Assembly (NCBI GenBank): GCA_964636755.1
Contig: CAZWSU010000048.1
Location: 1-62,533 of the forward strand
Reading direction: 5' to 3'
Source of the DNA: an uncultured Desulfurococcaceae archaeon
GTDB taxonomy: Archaea; Thermoproteota; Thermoprotei_A; Sulfolobales; NBVN01
Length of the DNA stretch: 62,533 bases
Shown here: piece after piece, positions 45,451-55,136 of the stretch
How positions within the stretch are numbered: position 1 is the first letter of the stretch
Layout of the letters: each line of letters begins with the position of its first letter
The notes under the pieces: model-generated
Told to the model about the DNA's origin: nothing
Seen by the model: only the letters and a program-made list of their open reading frames with translations
Database searches by the model: none
Translations under genes and position numbers: made by a program

Positions 45451-46158
45451 TCATAATCCGAGATAATGCTCTCTTAAGATTTCTGTTTTCACGATCTCGT
45501 CAGGCCTCCCGCTCCGCACGAAGCTTCCCCTCTCCATAACGTACACGACGTCTGACAGGACAGTTACCAAGCTAGGATCTTGCTCAGCTATGAGTAGTGA
45601 GAGTCCTAGGTTGTTTGTGATGTTCTTGAGCATGCTTGAGAGTTTTTTCCTAGCTACCGGGGCTAGCCCGGCGGAAGGTTCGTCCATTACGAGCAGTTTC
45701 TTAGCTGTCAGTAACCCTAGAACTACAGATAAGATTTTCTGCTCACCACCACTTAAGGTCCCGGCTACCTGGGAGGCTCTCTCATCTATTAGTGGGAAGA
45801 GCCTACGGAGATCTCTCAGCCTCTCGGAAGCCTCCTTAAATATCCCGGCAACTAACTCTATGTTCTCCCTCACGGTAAGGGTCTTCAGCACCCCACCCCT
45901 CTCAGGCACATAACCTATGCCTAACTGCACGATTTTCTCAGTGCTTAACCCATTTATTCTCTTACCCAGGTAGATTACGTCACCGCTCCACGGCTTTAGA
46001 TAACCTAATATGGTCTTAAGTAAGGTCGTTTTACCAGCACCGTTAGGTCCTATTATGCCGACGACCTCGTTAACTCCTACAAGGAGACTCACGTCATTTA
46101 TGATTAGAACACTCCCGTACCCGGATTTAAGGTTCTTTATTTCGAGAACGTTGCTCAC
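45451..46158 (-). CDS. Liv-type ABC transporter ATP-binding protein, LivF-like
   Basis: GPNGAGKTT, LSGGEQKILSV and LVMDEPSAGL. Confidence 0.85.
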   Translation of the reverse strand: MSNVLEIKNLKSGYGSVLIINDVSLLVGVNEVVGIIGPNGAGKTTLLKTILGYLKPWSGDVIYLGKRINGLSTEKIVQLGIGYVPERGGVLKTLTVRENIELVAGIFKEASERLRDLRRLFPLIDERASQVAGTLSGGEQKILSVVLGLLTAKKLLVMDEPSAGLAPVARKKLSSMLKNITNNLGLSLLIAEQDPSLVTVLSDVVYVMERGSFVRSGRPDEIVKTEILREHYLGL

Positions 46159-46162
46159 CTTA

Positions 46163-46888
46163 TTAACTCACCCCCAAGTATACCTCAATGACTTGAGGGT
46201 TCCTGGCCACATCCTCTGGCTTTCCCTCAGCTATCTTCACTCCTTGGTTAAGGACTACGACTCTATTAGCTATCCTCATCAGATACCTTAGCTTATGCTC
46301 TACTATCACGAAAGATATCCCTAATGAGTTAAACTTCCTTATTAAACCTATCATCGTTTCAGCCTCGCCTGACGTGAGTCCGGCGAACGGTTCGTCAAGT
46401 AAAGCTATTTTAGGGTTAGAAACTAAGATCCTGGCAAACTCAAGCATCCTCAACTTATACGGTGTTAACCTGATAGGCAGCTCACCGGCTTCAGGAAGTA
46501 ACCCACTCATCGTGAGCGCCCAGGAAGTCTTCGCCCTAGCCAACCTAACGTCGCCGTAGATAGACCTAGCCACGAGTTCCACGTTGAGGTAGACTGGGAG
46601 GTAAGGAAATACCCTCATCCCTTGAAACATTCTCGCAATACCTAACTTAACCCTCTCATGAGGTTTAAGCCTGGTTACGTCCTTGCCGTCTAGTAAGATC
46701 CTCCCCTCATCAAGTCTCAGAAGACCTGTGATTACGTTGAGTAGGGTGGTCTTGCCTGAGCCGTTAGGCCCTATTATGCCGAGTATCTCCCCCTTAACGA
46801 CGCCTAAGCTCACCTTATTAAGTGCTGTAAGACCTCCAAACCTCTTCGTTACTTCCTCACACCTAAGTATCTCACTCACTGAAAACAC
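46163..46888 (-). CDS. Liv-type ABC transporter ATP-binding protein, LivG-like
   Basis: GPNGSGKTT, ALLDEPFAGL and the LivG-type tail ...VIEVYLG. Confidence 0.85.
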   Translation of the reverse strand: MFSVSEILRCEEVTKRFGGLTALNKVSLGVVKGEILGIIGPNGSGKTTLLNVITGLLRLDEGRILLDGKDVTRLKPHERVKLGIARMFQGMRVFPYLPVYLNVELVARSIYGDVRLARAKTSWALTMSGLLPEAGELPIRLTPYKLRMLEFARILVSNPKIALLDEPFAGLTSGEAETMIGLIRKFNSLGISFVIVEHKLRYLMRIANRVVVLNQGVKIAEGKPEDVARNPQVIEVYLGVS

Positions 46889-47885
46889 CTCTCAAAAACT
46901 TCTTCGCTTCCACGTAAGCCTTGAAAATGATTCCCTGCGGCTTAATAGTTATTATGATTATGAGGAGGAGCATGTAAGCTATCACCCTCCACCTCCCTAT
47001 AAGCCCCCACAAGAATTCGTAGGTGAGTAAGAGTAGGTAGTTAGCTATGGCAGGCCCTATCAAGGTCCCTAAACCCCCTACTATAACTGACGTGAGTGGA
47101 GGTATCAACGTATTTGCTGGCACGACGAGGTCTACCGTTACTGGAGGCCTCATAGACGCGTAGAGTGCTCCGGCGATACTCACGTAGGTACTAGATATTA
47201 AGAACCCTATCACCTTCACTTTAAGAGTGTTTATCCCGGTACCCTCAGCTAGCTCCTCGTCCTGACCCACAGCCCTTAACATAAAACCGAACTCGGAGAA
47301 ACTTATCTTGTAGGCTATTATGTACCCGACTACCGCCGCTGTCAAGGAGATGTAGTAGTAAGAGTACTGCAAGAACGTTAATCTAACTCCGGGTGGTAGA
47401 CTCCTAGCAAAGTCTAGGAATAACTGTTTGAATCTCAGACCGCCCTCACCGCCTAAGTAAAGAGAAAACGGTTGCGCAGTAACTATCCCTATGAAAACTA
47501 TTGGAACGAGTAAGGAGAGTATCGCGAAGTAAACCCCCCTTATTTTAAGACTAGGTAGTAGGATCGTTAAACTAAAGAATATTGATATAGGTATTGCTAA
47601 GAGCAAGGAATACTCAGTTGGTATACCGTAGTAAACATTTAGTAGAGCTAGGGAGTAACCTGCGAACCCGAAGGTGAAGGAAACTCCTAAGTTGAGGTAG
47701 TAGGTCGTTCCCGAGTATAGGTCGATCGCTAGCGTGACTAGCAAGAATAGATTTACCATAGTCAAGACATCAAGCCAGAAACCCCCAACGTTCAGGAAGG
47801 GTAGCAAGGCTAGTACTGCTAGCACTGTAAGGAAAGGTATTTTACCGATGATTAAGTCCTTAGCACTACGTTTAGCGAAGACCAC
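46872..47885 (-). CDS. Liv-type ABC transporter permease, LivM-like
   Basis: 337-aa polytopic protein with the LRAVGQDEELAEGTGINT motif. Confidence 0.8.
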   Translation of the reverse strand: MVFAKRSAKDLIIGKIPFLTVLAVLALLPFLNVGGFWLDVLTMVNLFLLVTLAIDLYSGTTYYLNLGVSFTFGFAGYSLALLNVYYGIPTEYSLLLAIPISIFFSLTILLPSLKIRGVYFAILSLLVPIVFIGIVTAQPFSLYLGGEGGLRFKQLFLDFARSLPPGVRLTFLQYSYYYISLTAAVVGYIIAYKISFSEFGFMLRAVGQDEELAEGTGINTLKVKVIGFLISSTYVSIAGALYASMRPPVTVDLVVPANTLIPPLTSVIVGGLGTLIGPAIANYLLLLTYEFLWGLIGRWRVIAYMLLLIIIITIKPQGIIFKAYVEAKKFLRGVFSE

Positions 47886-47887
47886 GT

Positions 47888-48748
47888 CTACTCCACCCTC
47901 CCCATAAGACCTTGAGGTCTAAACACTAACACCAATATTATCAGCACGAGTGGTGAGATACTAGCCACACCACTTCCCAGGACATAAGTCATTGATTGTT
48001 CAAAGAACCCGTATATGAAGGAAGCTATTAAAGTACCTGTCACGCTCCCTACACCCCCCAAAGCAACTATAGCGAAAGCCGTGAATAAAGGACCCCAACC
48101 AGCTGTCGGCGTTAGCGCTTTAAGCGGTGTTAGCAAGACTCCTGTAGCGCCTGCGTAAACCCCTGACACAAAAAACGTTACCCTTAAGACTTTCAGGGGG
48201 TCTATACCTAGGCGTCTAGACTCATCCCAGCTCTCAGCAACTGCTCTTATAGATCTCCCTAACACTGTGTACTTCAGGAAGACTGTTAATAGCAGAAACA
48301 TTAGTAAACTAGCTGAGAGGATTAAGAACCAGTGATTGCTCACAGGCACTCCTAGGACGTAAGTCACGCCAGGATATAGGGGGAGCGTTATGGGTCTTAA
48401 ACCCATCTCAATACGGAAAAACTCTTCGAAGATGTACGCAACGGACAGAGTAGTTATGAACACGCTTACAGGCATTTTCAAACCTGGTTTAACCACTAAC
48501 TCACCTATCAGTAAGCTTGCGAGCCCGGCAACCAATATAGCTACTAACGCAGCTATTAACGGTTCTAGACCTAAATGCATCATAAGAGCGTACATGACGT
48601 ATGAAGATAATATGTAGAGAGAACCATAAGCTAGGTTAGGTATCTTAGCCACACCAAACAACATCGAGAAACCTAGAGAAAACGTTAAGTAGGTTGAGGA
48701 ATGAAATATGCTAAAAAGTAATATATACTTATATATATCACCATCCAT
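47888..48748 (-). CDS. Liv-type ABC transporter permease, LivH-like
   Basis: 286-aa polytopic protein with the IRAVAESWDESRRLGIDP motif region. Confidence 0.8.
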   Translation of the reverse strand: MDGDIYKYILLFSIFHSSTYLTFSLGFSMLFGVAKIPNLAYGSLYILSSYVMYALMMHLGLEPLIAALVAILVAGLASLLIGELVVKPGLKMPVSVFITTLSVAYIFEEFFRIEMGLRPITLPLYPGVTYVLGVPVSNHWFLILSASLLMFLLLTVFLKYTVLGRSIRAVAESWDESRRLGIDPLKVLRVTFFVSGVYAGATGVLLTPLKALTPTAGWGPLFTAFAIVALGGVGSVTGTLIASFIYGFFEQSMTYVLGSGVASISPLVLIILVLVFRPQGLMGRVE

Positions 48749-48758
48749 CTTAACCAGC

Positions 48759-50129
48759 CTATGGCCATGGTATGGCTCTCCAAGTCCTCGTCCCGTTAAC
48801 TATCTCCGGTAGCAGTAGTTTAGTCCCGGTTTCAACGACTCTGAAAGGCCATACGACTACCCTCTTCCCTCCCTGCCACTGGAAGAATATCGGGTATATT
48901 CTGTTAGGTGCTAGAACTGACGTGTGACTCCTAGTGAACTCGTAAACCCCTGCCGTTCCCACGAAAACGTTGGTTTCCAGAGCGTTAATCACCGCGTTCA
49001 CGTCGAAGCTGCCTGCCTTCCTAACCGCCTCAGCCCACATATGTACTGAGTCATATGCATACCACGTAGTGAATATTGGTTCAGTACCGTAAGCACTCTT
49101 GTACTTGTTGTAGAAATTCATGGTCTTATCGGTTATCGGTATTGGGAACCCCCAAGAAATACATATGAGTCCTTCCGCAGCACCGAATGTCTGGTTATAG
49201 AACGCGTCAAGCATTGCGAAAGTGCCTCCCCCGACTGCCAGGAGTGGTACCTGACCCAAGCTATAGTCTCTGGCAAACACGTAATCCTCAGTGCCTGAGA
49301 ATTGCCACGTTATGTACTGAGCACCTGAAGCAATTGCTTGAGCGAATATGTCTGTGAACGACCCTATATCTGTAGGAACTCCCTGAACGTAGGTTATGTT
49401 CACGCCTTCCTGAACAGACCTGTTTTGCCCGTAGAGAGCGTGCGGTATGACCCACGGCAGGTCCTCGTATATCCAAGCTAGCTTAGTCCAGCCGAATCTC
49501 CTAGAAAGGTAAGCCAGCAGATCCCAAGTAGCTGCCGCCTGCGAAGTCGCGTTGACGTATGCTCTAAACCAGTACTTATACGCGTCGTAATTTTGAAGAA
49601 CCATGGAGTCTATCGCATCGCTAACGGCTCCTGAAGCGATGACGGGGACCTCGTAGAGCTGAAGTAAATCCATTATAGCCAGGGCTTCATGCGAGCCGAA
49701 GACTCCTACAACCACTTTCACCCCCTGCTCAGCAAGGTATTTGTAGCCGGCGTTAGCTTTATCGCCTGTCCACTCAGTATCGTACGTGATTACCTCCACT
49801 TTATAACCTAACACACCGCCCTCAGCATTGATTTCATCGACCGCCATTTGAATAGCACTAAGCATCATCTGACCTATCGGTAAGTTCAACGGTAGTAGAG
49901 CACCAATCTTAACTGTGCCAATAAAGCCTGGGGTTGTGGTAGGGGTGGGTGACGTCGTTACGTAAGACGTCACAATTTGGGTTACTGTTTGTGTTGTTAT
50001 TTGGGTTGTAGTCACGACTCCTCCAGGAGGGACAGACATCTGGCCTGCCAGGAAACCTACCACACCAGCTACCACTATGAGGACAACTAACACAGCCATT
50101 AATGTGGTTGGCTTCAACTCATGTAACAC
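48759..50129 (-). CDS. Liv-type ABC substrate-binding protein, TM-anchored with Thr-rich linker
   Basis: TM helix, then a TTTQITTQTVTQIVTSYVTTSPTPTTTP linker, then a PBP1 fold. It is the first gene of an 8-gene same-strand string. Confidence 0.8.
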   Translation of the reverse strand: MLHELKPTTLMAVLVVLIVVAGVVGFLAGQMSVPPGGVVTTTQITTQTVTQIVTSYVTTSPTPTTTPGFIGTVKIGALLPLNLPIGQMMLSAIQMAVDEINAEGGVLGYKVEVITYDTEWTGDKANAGYKYLAEQGVKVVVGVFGSHEALAIMDLLQLYEVPVIASGAVSDAIDSMVLQNYDAYKYWFRAYVNATSQAAATWDLLAYLSRRFGWTKLAWIYEDLPWVIPHALYGQNRSVQEGVNITYVQGVPTDIGSFTDIFAQAIASGAQYITWQFSGTEDYVFARDYSLGQVPLLAVGGGTFAMLDAFYNQTFGAAEGLICISWGFPIPITDKTMNFYNKYKSAYGTEPIFTTWYAYDSVHMWAEAVRKAGSFDVNAVINALETNVFVGTAGVYEFTRSHTSVLAPNRIYPIFFQWQGGKRVVVWPFRVVETGTKLLLPEIVNGTRTWRAIPWP

Positions 50130-50248
50130 CTCACGATTAATGAGTTTAAACAGCTAAAAATAATTATGTTATCATATGTAAACATCCCCTAAAATCCCTT
50201 CCTACGCTAAAGAGCTGGGCGCCTCATCTCCTCATAACGTTCGCATAA

Positions 50249-50962
50249 TCAGATTATTTTATGTGTCTTCAGGAACTCTAGAGAAATCCTTACCACTTCC
50301 TTTTCCTTACCGGTAAACAGGTAGTCAGCATCCTCGATCACCTCCAGCTTAGCCTCAATATTATGCTCTCTTAACCTCTCAAGTAGTTTCTGGGATTGTG
50401 TTAGGGGGACCATCGTATCCCTACCTCCGTGTATTATCAAGACCTTACCAGTGACTTTCTCGACGTAGGTTATGGGGCTTGAGAGTGTGTATATTTCGGC
50501 GTTCTCCTCAGGCGTTCCTATGGTTGACTTGACTAACTCAGCTATGTATTTCTGCGGCGTCCCCGCAGGGAATTTAGAGAGGTGGTTGTAGAGATCTGCT
50601 AGATCTACCCAACCACCAACGTCAATAACGAAATTAACTGGTTCCTGAGTAGATGCTAGCAGAGCTACGGTACCGCCAAGTGATATACCGAAAACCCCTA
50701 TCCTCGACTGATCAACACCCTTAAACGTTTTGAGATTCCTTAATGCATTCACAGATATCACGACACCATCACTCGCGTCAGTATATCTAGGAACAAAGAC
50801 TAAGATTCCTGACTCAGCAAAACCTTTAGCTATCTCATAGATAGCTTCAGGGGTTTGATTAAACGCGTGTAAGGCAACTAGTCCTGGGTAGGTCTCAAGC
50901 CCCTCCGGGATTAAGGCATACCCGACCATGCCCTGCAGTTTTGTTTTGATGAAATTGTACAT
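50249..50962 (-). CDS. Alpha/beta hydrolase (dienelactone hydrolase / S9 peptidase-like)
   Basis: Nucleophile elbow GISLGG and C-terminal HGGRDTMVP / ...DADYLF regions. Confidence 0.7.
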   Translation of the reverse strand: MYNFIKTKLQGMVGYALIPEGLETYPGLVALHAFNQTPEAIYEIAKGFAESGILVFVPRYTDASDGVVISVNALRNLKTFKGVDQSRIGVFGISLGGTVALLASTQEPVNFVIDVGGWVDLADLYNHLSKFPAGTPQKYIAELVKSTIGTPEENAEIYTLSSPITYVEKVTGKVLIIHGGRDTMVPLTQSQKLLERLREHNIEAKLEVIEDADYLFTGKEKEVVRISLEFLKTHKII

Positions 50963-51070
50963 TATGAAACACCTGAGAAATGTTCGTTGGTGAGTTAAAA
51001 AGTTAGTAAGTTAAAAATGAAAACTTTGAGAAGAAGTTCGTAACACTATTCTTTGAAGTTTCCTAAGCCC

Positions 51071-52180
51071 TCACTTAATCCTGCGTTCTTTCAGCGAGCT
51101 TACCCACTCGTAAGTAGTTTTCTCCGCGAATGCCTTGGTTAGCTTAATAGCGTTTAACACGTCCTTAAGGTCTATGACCTCAACAGGTGAGTGTATGTAG
51201 CGTGAAGGTATTGAGATAACCCCCGCCGGCACCCCCTCCTTATTCAAAGCTATCACCGAGGCGTCTGTCGTCCCCCCAGCTAAGACCTCTACCTGGTAGG
51301 GTATACCGGATTCTTCAGCCACCTTCATCAACATCTTGACTATCTCAGGGTGTGCTATGAGTCCCGAAGCCGACCTACCGTCAGCTACCTTTATAGCAGG
51401 GCCCTTACCTAACTGAGTACACCACTCATGCTCGGAGACCCCGGGGAAATCGCTTGCTACGGTTACGTCGAGAGCGAGCGCTACGTCAGGGGTTATCGAG
51501 TACGCGGCTACCTCAGCACCCTTAAGCCCTACCTCCTCTTGAACCGTCGCCACCGCGTACACGTCTAGCTCCGGTGACTCAATGATTTCGAAAGACTTTA
51601 ACATGACTGCCAGACCCACCCTATCGTCTATTGCTTTACCCGTAACTCTATCACCAGTCAGTAGGGTTAACTCCCTGTCGAACACAGCTATATCACCTAC
51701 CCTGACACCCATGTTGAGGACTTCCTCCCTTGAGGAAGCACCTATGTCCACGAAGAATTCCTTCATCTCGGGTATTTGGCGGAGTTCTTCAGGCTTTATG
51801 ACGTGAGGAGGTTTTAGGCCTAAAACACCTCTGTAGATCCTCCCATCCCTAGTCTTGATAACAACTCTCTGATAAACTAGCGATCTTTCCGGAACGCCTC
51901 CTATGGGTAATATCCTTAAGAATCCCCTATCGTCTATGTGTGACACGAACAACCCTATCTCATCCATGTGTGCGGCAAGCATTAGCTTACCGCTACCTCT
52001 AGATCCTTTCTTAACTGCTATCACGTTACCTAAGGTATCGATTCTTAGCTCATCAGCCACCTTCTTGACCTCGTCTATGACTAACTCCCTAATACTCCCC
52101 TCATTACCTGAGGGTCCTATACTCTCGGAGAGTTTCTTAAGCAATGAGAAGACTTCTTCTTTAGAGAGACTTAACTCCAT
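51071..52180 (-). CDS. M42-family (TET/FrvX-type) aminopeptidase
   Basis: LAAHMDEIG motif, DDRVG, VQEEVGLKGA. Length is 369 aa. Confidence 0.85.
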   Translation of the reverse strand: MELSLSKEEVFSLLKKLSESIGPSGNEGSIRELVIDEVKKVADELRIDTLGNVIAVKKGSRGSGKLMLAAHMDEIGLFVSHIDDRGFLRILPIGGVPERSLVYQRVVIKTRDGRIYRGVLGLKPPHVIKPEELRQIPEMKEFFVDIGASSREEVLNMGVRVGDIAVFDRELTLLTGDRVTGKAIDDRVGLAVMLKSFEIIESPELDVYAVATVQEEVGLKGAEVAAYSITPDVALALDVTVASDFPGVSEHEWCTQLGKGPAIKVADGRSASGLIAHPEIVKMLMKVAEESGIPYQVEVLAGGTTDASVIALNKEGVPAGVISIPSRYIHSPVEVIDLKDVLNAIKLTKAFAEKTTYEWVSSLKERRIK

Positions 52181-52353
52181 GTCTGTGCACCACCTACATA
52201 ATCTTTAAGTAATACCTAAAAAACACGTTTAGTATCCTAAAAACCGTTCCTTGGACATGCGTTAGTTAATCTAAGCGATCACTATGATATTCTAAAGTAA
52301 TTCGCTAGTAGTTTTTATTAACTAAGTTACTTATTTTTAGTTAGGTGTAGTGG

Positions 52354-52665
52354 TTGAGTGAGGGTATCCTACTAGAAAAACTAAGGTTGGTTGAAGATTT
52401 GTTGAGGAAGGTCATAGTTCCCGGATTTGACGTAGACGTCATTTCCTCAGGTGTTGTAAGCAGATTTAGAATATCTAAGGATGGAAGGAAAATAATCGTT
52501 TACTTAAACTTCTCAAGTAGTGACCCCGGCTGTCCTTTCTGCAAATTCATAAACCATACTTTATGGACTACTATTGCTAGGAACATACGTGATGTCTTGA
52601 TCAGCACTTCTCTTTTTGATGAGGTTTATGTAGTAGATGAGTTTACTAGGTCTCCCTTAACCTGA
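52354..52665 (+). CDS. DUF59-like small protein
   Basis: VIVPGFDVDVISSGVVSRFRI...DPGCPFC resembles the DUF59/Mrp N-terminal domain. TTG or GTG start. Confidence 0.45.
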   Translation: MSEGILLEKLRLVEDLLRKVIVPGFDVDVISSGVVSRFRISKDGRKIIVYLNFSSSDPGCPFCKFINHTLWTTIARNIRDVLISTSLFDEVYVVDEFTRSPLT

Positions 52666-52764
52666 CCGGTTTAGACTCAAATTCTTTGACCACTTATTAA
52701 TCACTCAAACGATTTCATGACTTATTTTAGTGGTCGTTGCTAGATCGTTTAGTAGGTGCCGTGA

Positions 52765-54126
52765 TTGGATGATAAGGACTGGGTGCTGAAAGAACCTATA
52801 GTTAAGGTCATGCTGAAGTTAGGTCTCCCCATAGGTGTGATGCAAGCACTTCAAGTAGTTTACAATATAACGGATATGTTCTGGTTAGGGAGGCTGGGTA
52901 GGGAGGCTCTGGCAGCCGTTAACGCTACGTGGCCTGTAGTGTTCTTAGTGGTTGCGAGCCTAGTAGGTGTTTTTCAAGCCGGAATATCATTGGTCTCGCA
53001 GTACTGGGGTGCTAAGGATTATGAGTCAGCCATGAGTGCTGCCGGACAGCTATTATTGATGGTTTTACTCCTAGGCTTACCTTTCGGTTTACTTACTTAC
53101 TTCTTACTGCCTTCAATGATGGCTCTGATAGGGGTGCCTGAGGAGGTAATCCCTGACGCTGTAACCTACGGGAGGTACTTCTCGTTGGGTTTCACCATAT
53201 TTGGTTTAATGAACGCCACGGTATCTATCTTCAGCGCTGCAGGAGACACGATGACCCCCATGAAGATAAGGGTTGTGGGTGTATTACTGAACGTTGTTCT
53301 AGACCCGGTCTTAATCTTCGGTTTTGGATTAATCCCTCCTATGAGGGTTGCGGGAGCTGCTATAGCCACGCTACTGAGCGATTTAGTAGCTTCACTCATA
53401 GCAATACGTGTGTTAACTAGAGGTATTAGAGGTGAGAAACTACGGGCGCATCACCTGAAGCCGAAGCTGCAGTTAATAAGTAAGCTAGTTAGGATAGGGT
53501 TACCCCTATCCATATCGTCTGTTGGTGAGGCAGGGGGCTTCACTCTTCTAACAGCAATAATAAGCATGTTAGGTAGTGTGGCATTAGCTTCTTGGGGGAT
53601 AGGTGATAGACCCCTAGGACTTCTCGACATATTCGTCGCTAGTCTGCTCGGAGCTACCGCCACAATAATTGGTCAAAGTCTGGGAGCCGAGATGCGTGAT
53701 AGAGCTAAGGCGACAGCTCTTAAAGCAGTGCTATACTCAGCCCTAATAACTGGGTTAGGGGTATCCGCCTACATTGCTTTCAGGTACGAGATAGTCTCCG
53801 TGTTCGCCCCCTCAGATCCTGAAGTCATTCAATATGCGGCGGATTTCCTCCTGTACATGGGCCCGTCAATAATATTCTTCGTGATATTACGAGCAGCTTT
53901 CTCTGTAGCCAGCGGATCCGGACATACCAAGACAGTCATGTACTTGAGTCTCTTCAGGTTATGGGTTTTAAGAAACGTGCTAGCTTACTTGTTTGGCCCA
54001 GGACCGCTTGGGATGGGCGTGAGAGGACTTTGGATCGGCATGTCCGTAAGTAACGTGGTGACCGGGTTATTAGCCCTCCTATGGATAATGAGGGGTACTT
54101 GGTTAAAGCCAGTCATAAAGTCTTAA
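52765..54126 (+). CDS. MATE-family efflux transporter
   Basis: 453 aa, 12 TM, with a two-fold internal repeat and an N-terminus (ILKLGLPIGVMQALQVVYNITDMFWLGRLG) typical of the MATE/NorM-DinF family. Confidence 0.8.
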   Translation: MDDKDWVLKEPIVKVMLKLGLPIGVMQALQVVYNITDMFWLGRLGREALAAVNATWPVVFLVVASLVGVFQAGISLVSQYWGAKDYESAMSAAGQLLLMVLLLGLPFGLLTYFLLPSMMALIGVPEEVIPDAVTYGRYFSLGFTIFGLMNATVSIFSAAGDTMTPMKIRVVGVLLNVVLDPVLIFGFGLIPPMRVAGAAIATLLSDLVASLIAIRVLTRGIRGEKLRAHHLKPKLQLISKLVRIGLPLSISSVGEAGGFTLLTAIISMLGSVALASWGIGDRPLGLLDIFVASLLGATATIIGQSLGAEMRDRAKATALKAVLYSALITGLGVSAYIAFRYEIVSVFAPSDPEVIQYAADFLLYMGPSIIFFVILRAAFSVASGSGHTKTVMYLSLFRLWVLRNVLAYLFGPGPLGMGVRGLWIGMSVSNVVTGLLALLWIMRGTWLKPVIKS

Positions 54127-54133
54127 GTCCCAC

Positions 54134-55009
54134 TCAACTAAGAAGTGCTGCAGTCCCTATACCCAAGGACGTTAACCCAGCACCTAAGACCAGCCTATAA
54201 CTATGGGACTCTCCCGCAACACTCCTTGTAGTAATCATGGAGAGTATGGGGGTCAGTGCGGTCGCGAGAACTGTTGAGGCGGTGCCTACAGTAGCTAGAG
54301 ACAGTAAGAAGAAGTACATCCCGCCAAACCACCCGATAACGCCTGTCAGACCAGAGCACACGAGTAATCCCCTAATGTTGTCGCGTATGTCGTAATCCCT
54401 CCTCACGTAAACGCTTAATAACCCTGCAGGTATGAAGACTGATACTAAGACCCCTAACCTAATCACCAATAGTGAGACAGGGTCTGAGTAGTGGAGAGAC
54501 ATAGTACTCAACACTGTTCCCGTCCCCCAGCACACTGAAGCTGTTGCCGCGTAACCAAAACCTCTAAACGAGCTCCTTGACTTGCCGGAGTTTCTAGGGG
54601 TTGAGATAAAGAGTCCTAGGAATGCCAGGACCGCGCCGACCACAGTACCCGGTTTTAGAGCCTCACCTGCTATTACGGAAAGAGCTTGAGCGACGAATAT
54701 GTAGGTATACGCCACCACCACCGCCCTCCCGCCGCCGAGGATTTGAATAGCTTTAGTGTAAGCGGCGTCACCCACGCCGGGCCCTATTAGAGCGGACGCT
54801 ACGAATAAGACTAAGCTGTAGGAAGTTACCTCAACGTCTAAACCTACGAGAGAGCAGAACACTAGTGCCGGGGGCAATGCTAGCAGAGCTCTAAGCCCTG
54901 TGAATAGGGTGGGCTGCAAGAAGTTCCTGTACCTGCTTATGAAGGCCGGATTAAGAGACCATAAGAGAGCCGTGATCAACGCGTACCCGAAGCTCAGCAG
55001 TCTCAACAC
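54134..55009 (-). CDS. EamA/DMT-superfamily transporter
   Basis: 291 aa, about 10 TM, arranged as two EamA-like halves. Confidence 0.65.
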   Translation of the reverse strand: MLRLLSFGYALITALLWSLNPAFISRYRNFLQPTLFTGLRALLALPPALVFCSLVGLDVEVTSYSLVLFVASALIGPGVGDAAYTKAIQILGGGRAVVVAYTYIFVAQALSVIAGEALKPGTVVGAVLAFLGLFISTPRNSGKSRSSFRGFGYAATASVCWGTGTVLSTMSLHYSDPVSLLVIRLGVLVSVFIPAGLLSVYVRRDYDIRDNIRGLLVCSGLTGVIGWFGGMYFFLLSLATVGTASTVLATALTPILSMITTRSVAGESHSYRLVLGAGLTSLGIGTAALLS

Positions 55010-55136
55010 CGATATGAGAGCAAGGAAGGATTAAAAAGCTATCCATCACTAAATTAAAGCAAATCCGTCCTAACTAGCCTGGGAGCGGGTTGCGTGCTTA
55101 TATTAACGCTACGTCATCATTTAATTAGGTGGTTTA

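Noticed and set aside
45076-47030. Plus-strand ORFs 45076..45327, 45590..45913, 46010..46291, 46374..46559 and 46683..47030.
   Set aside because: All are antisense to the KASIII-like, LivF, LivG or LivM genes. Reverse-strand reading of ABC motifs commonly stays open.
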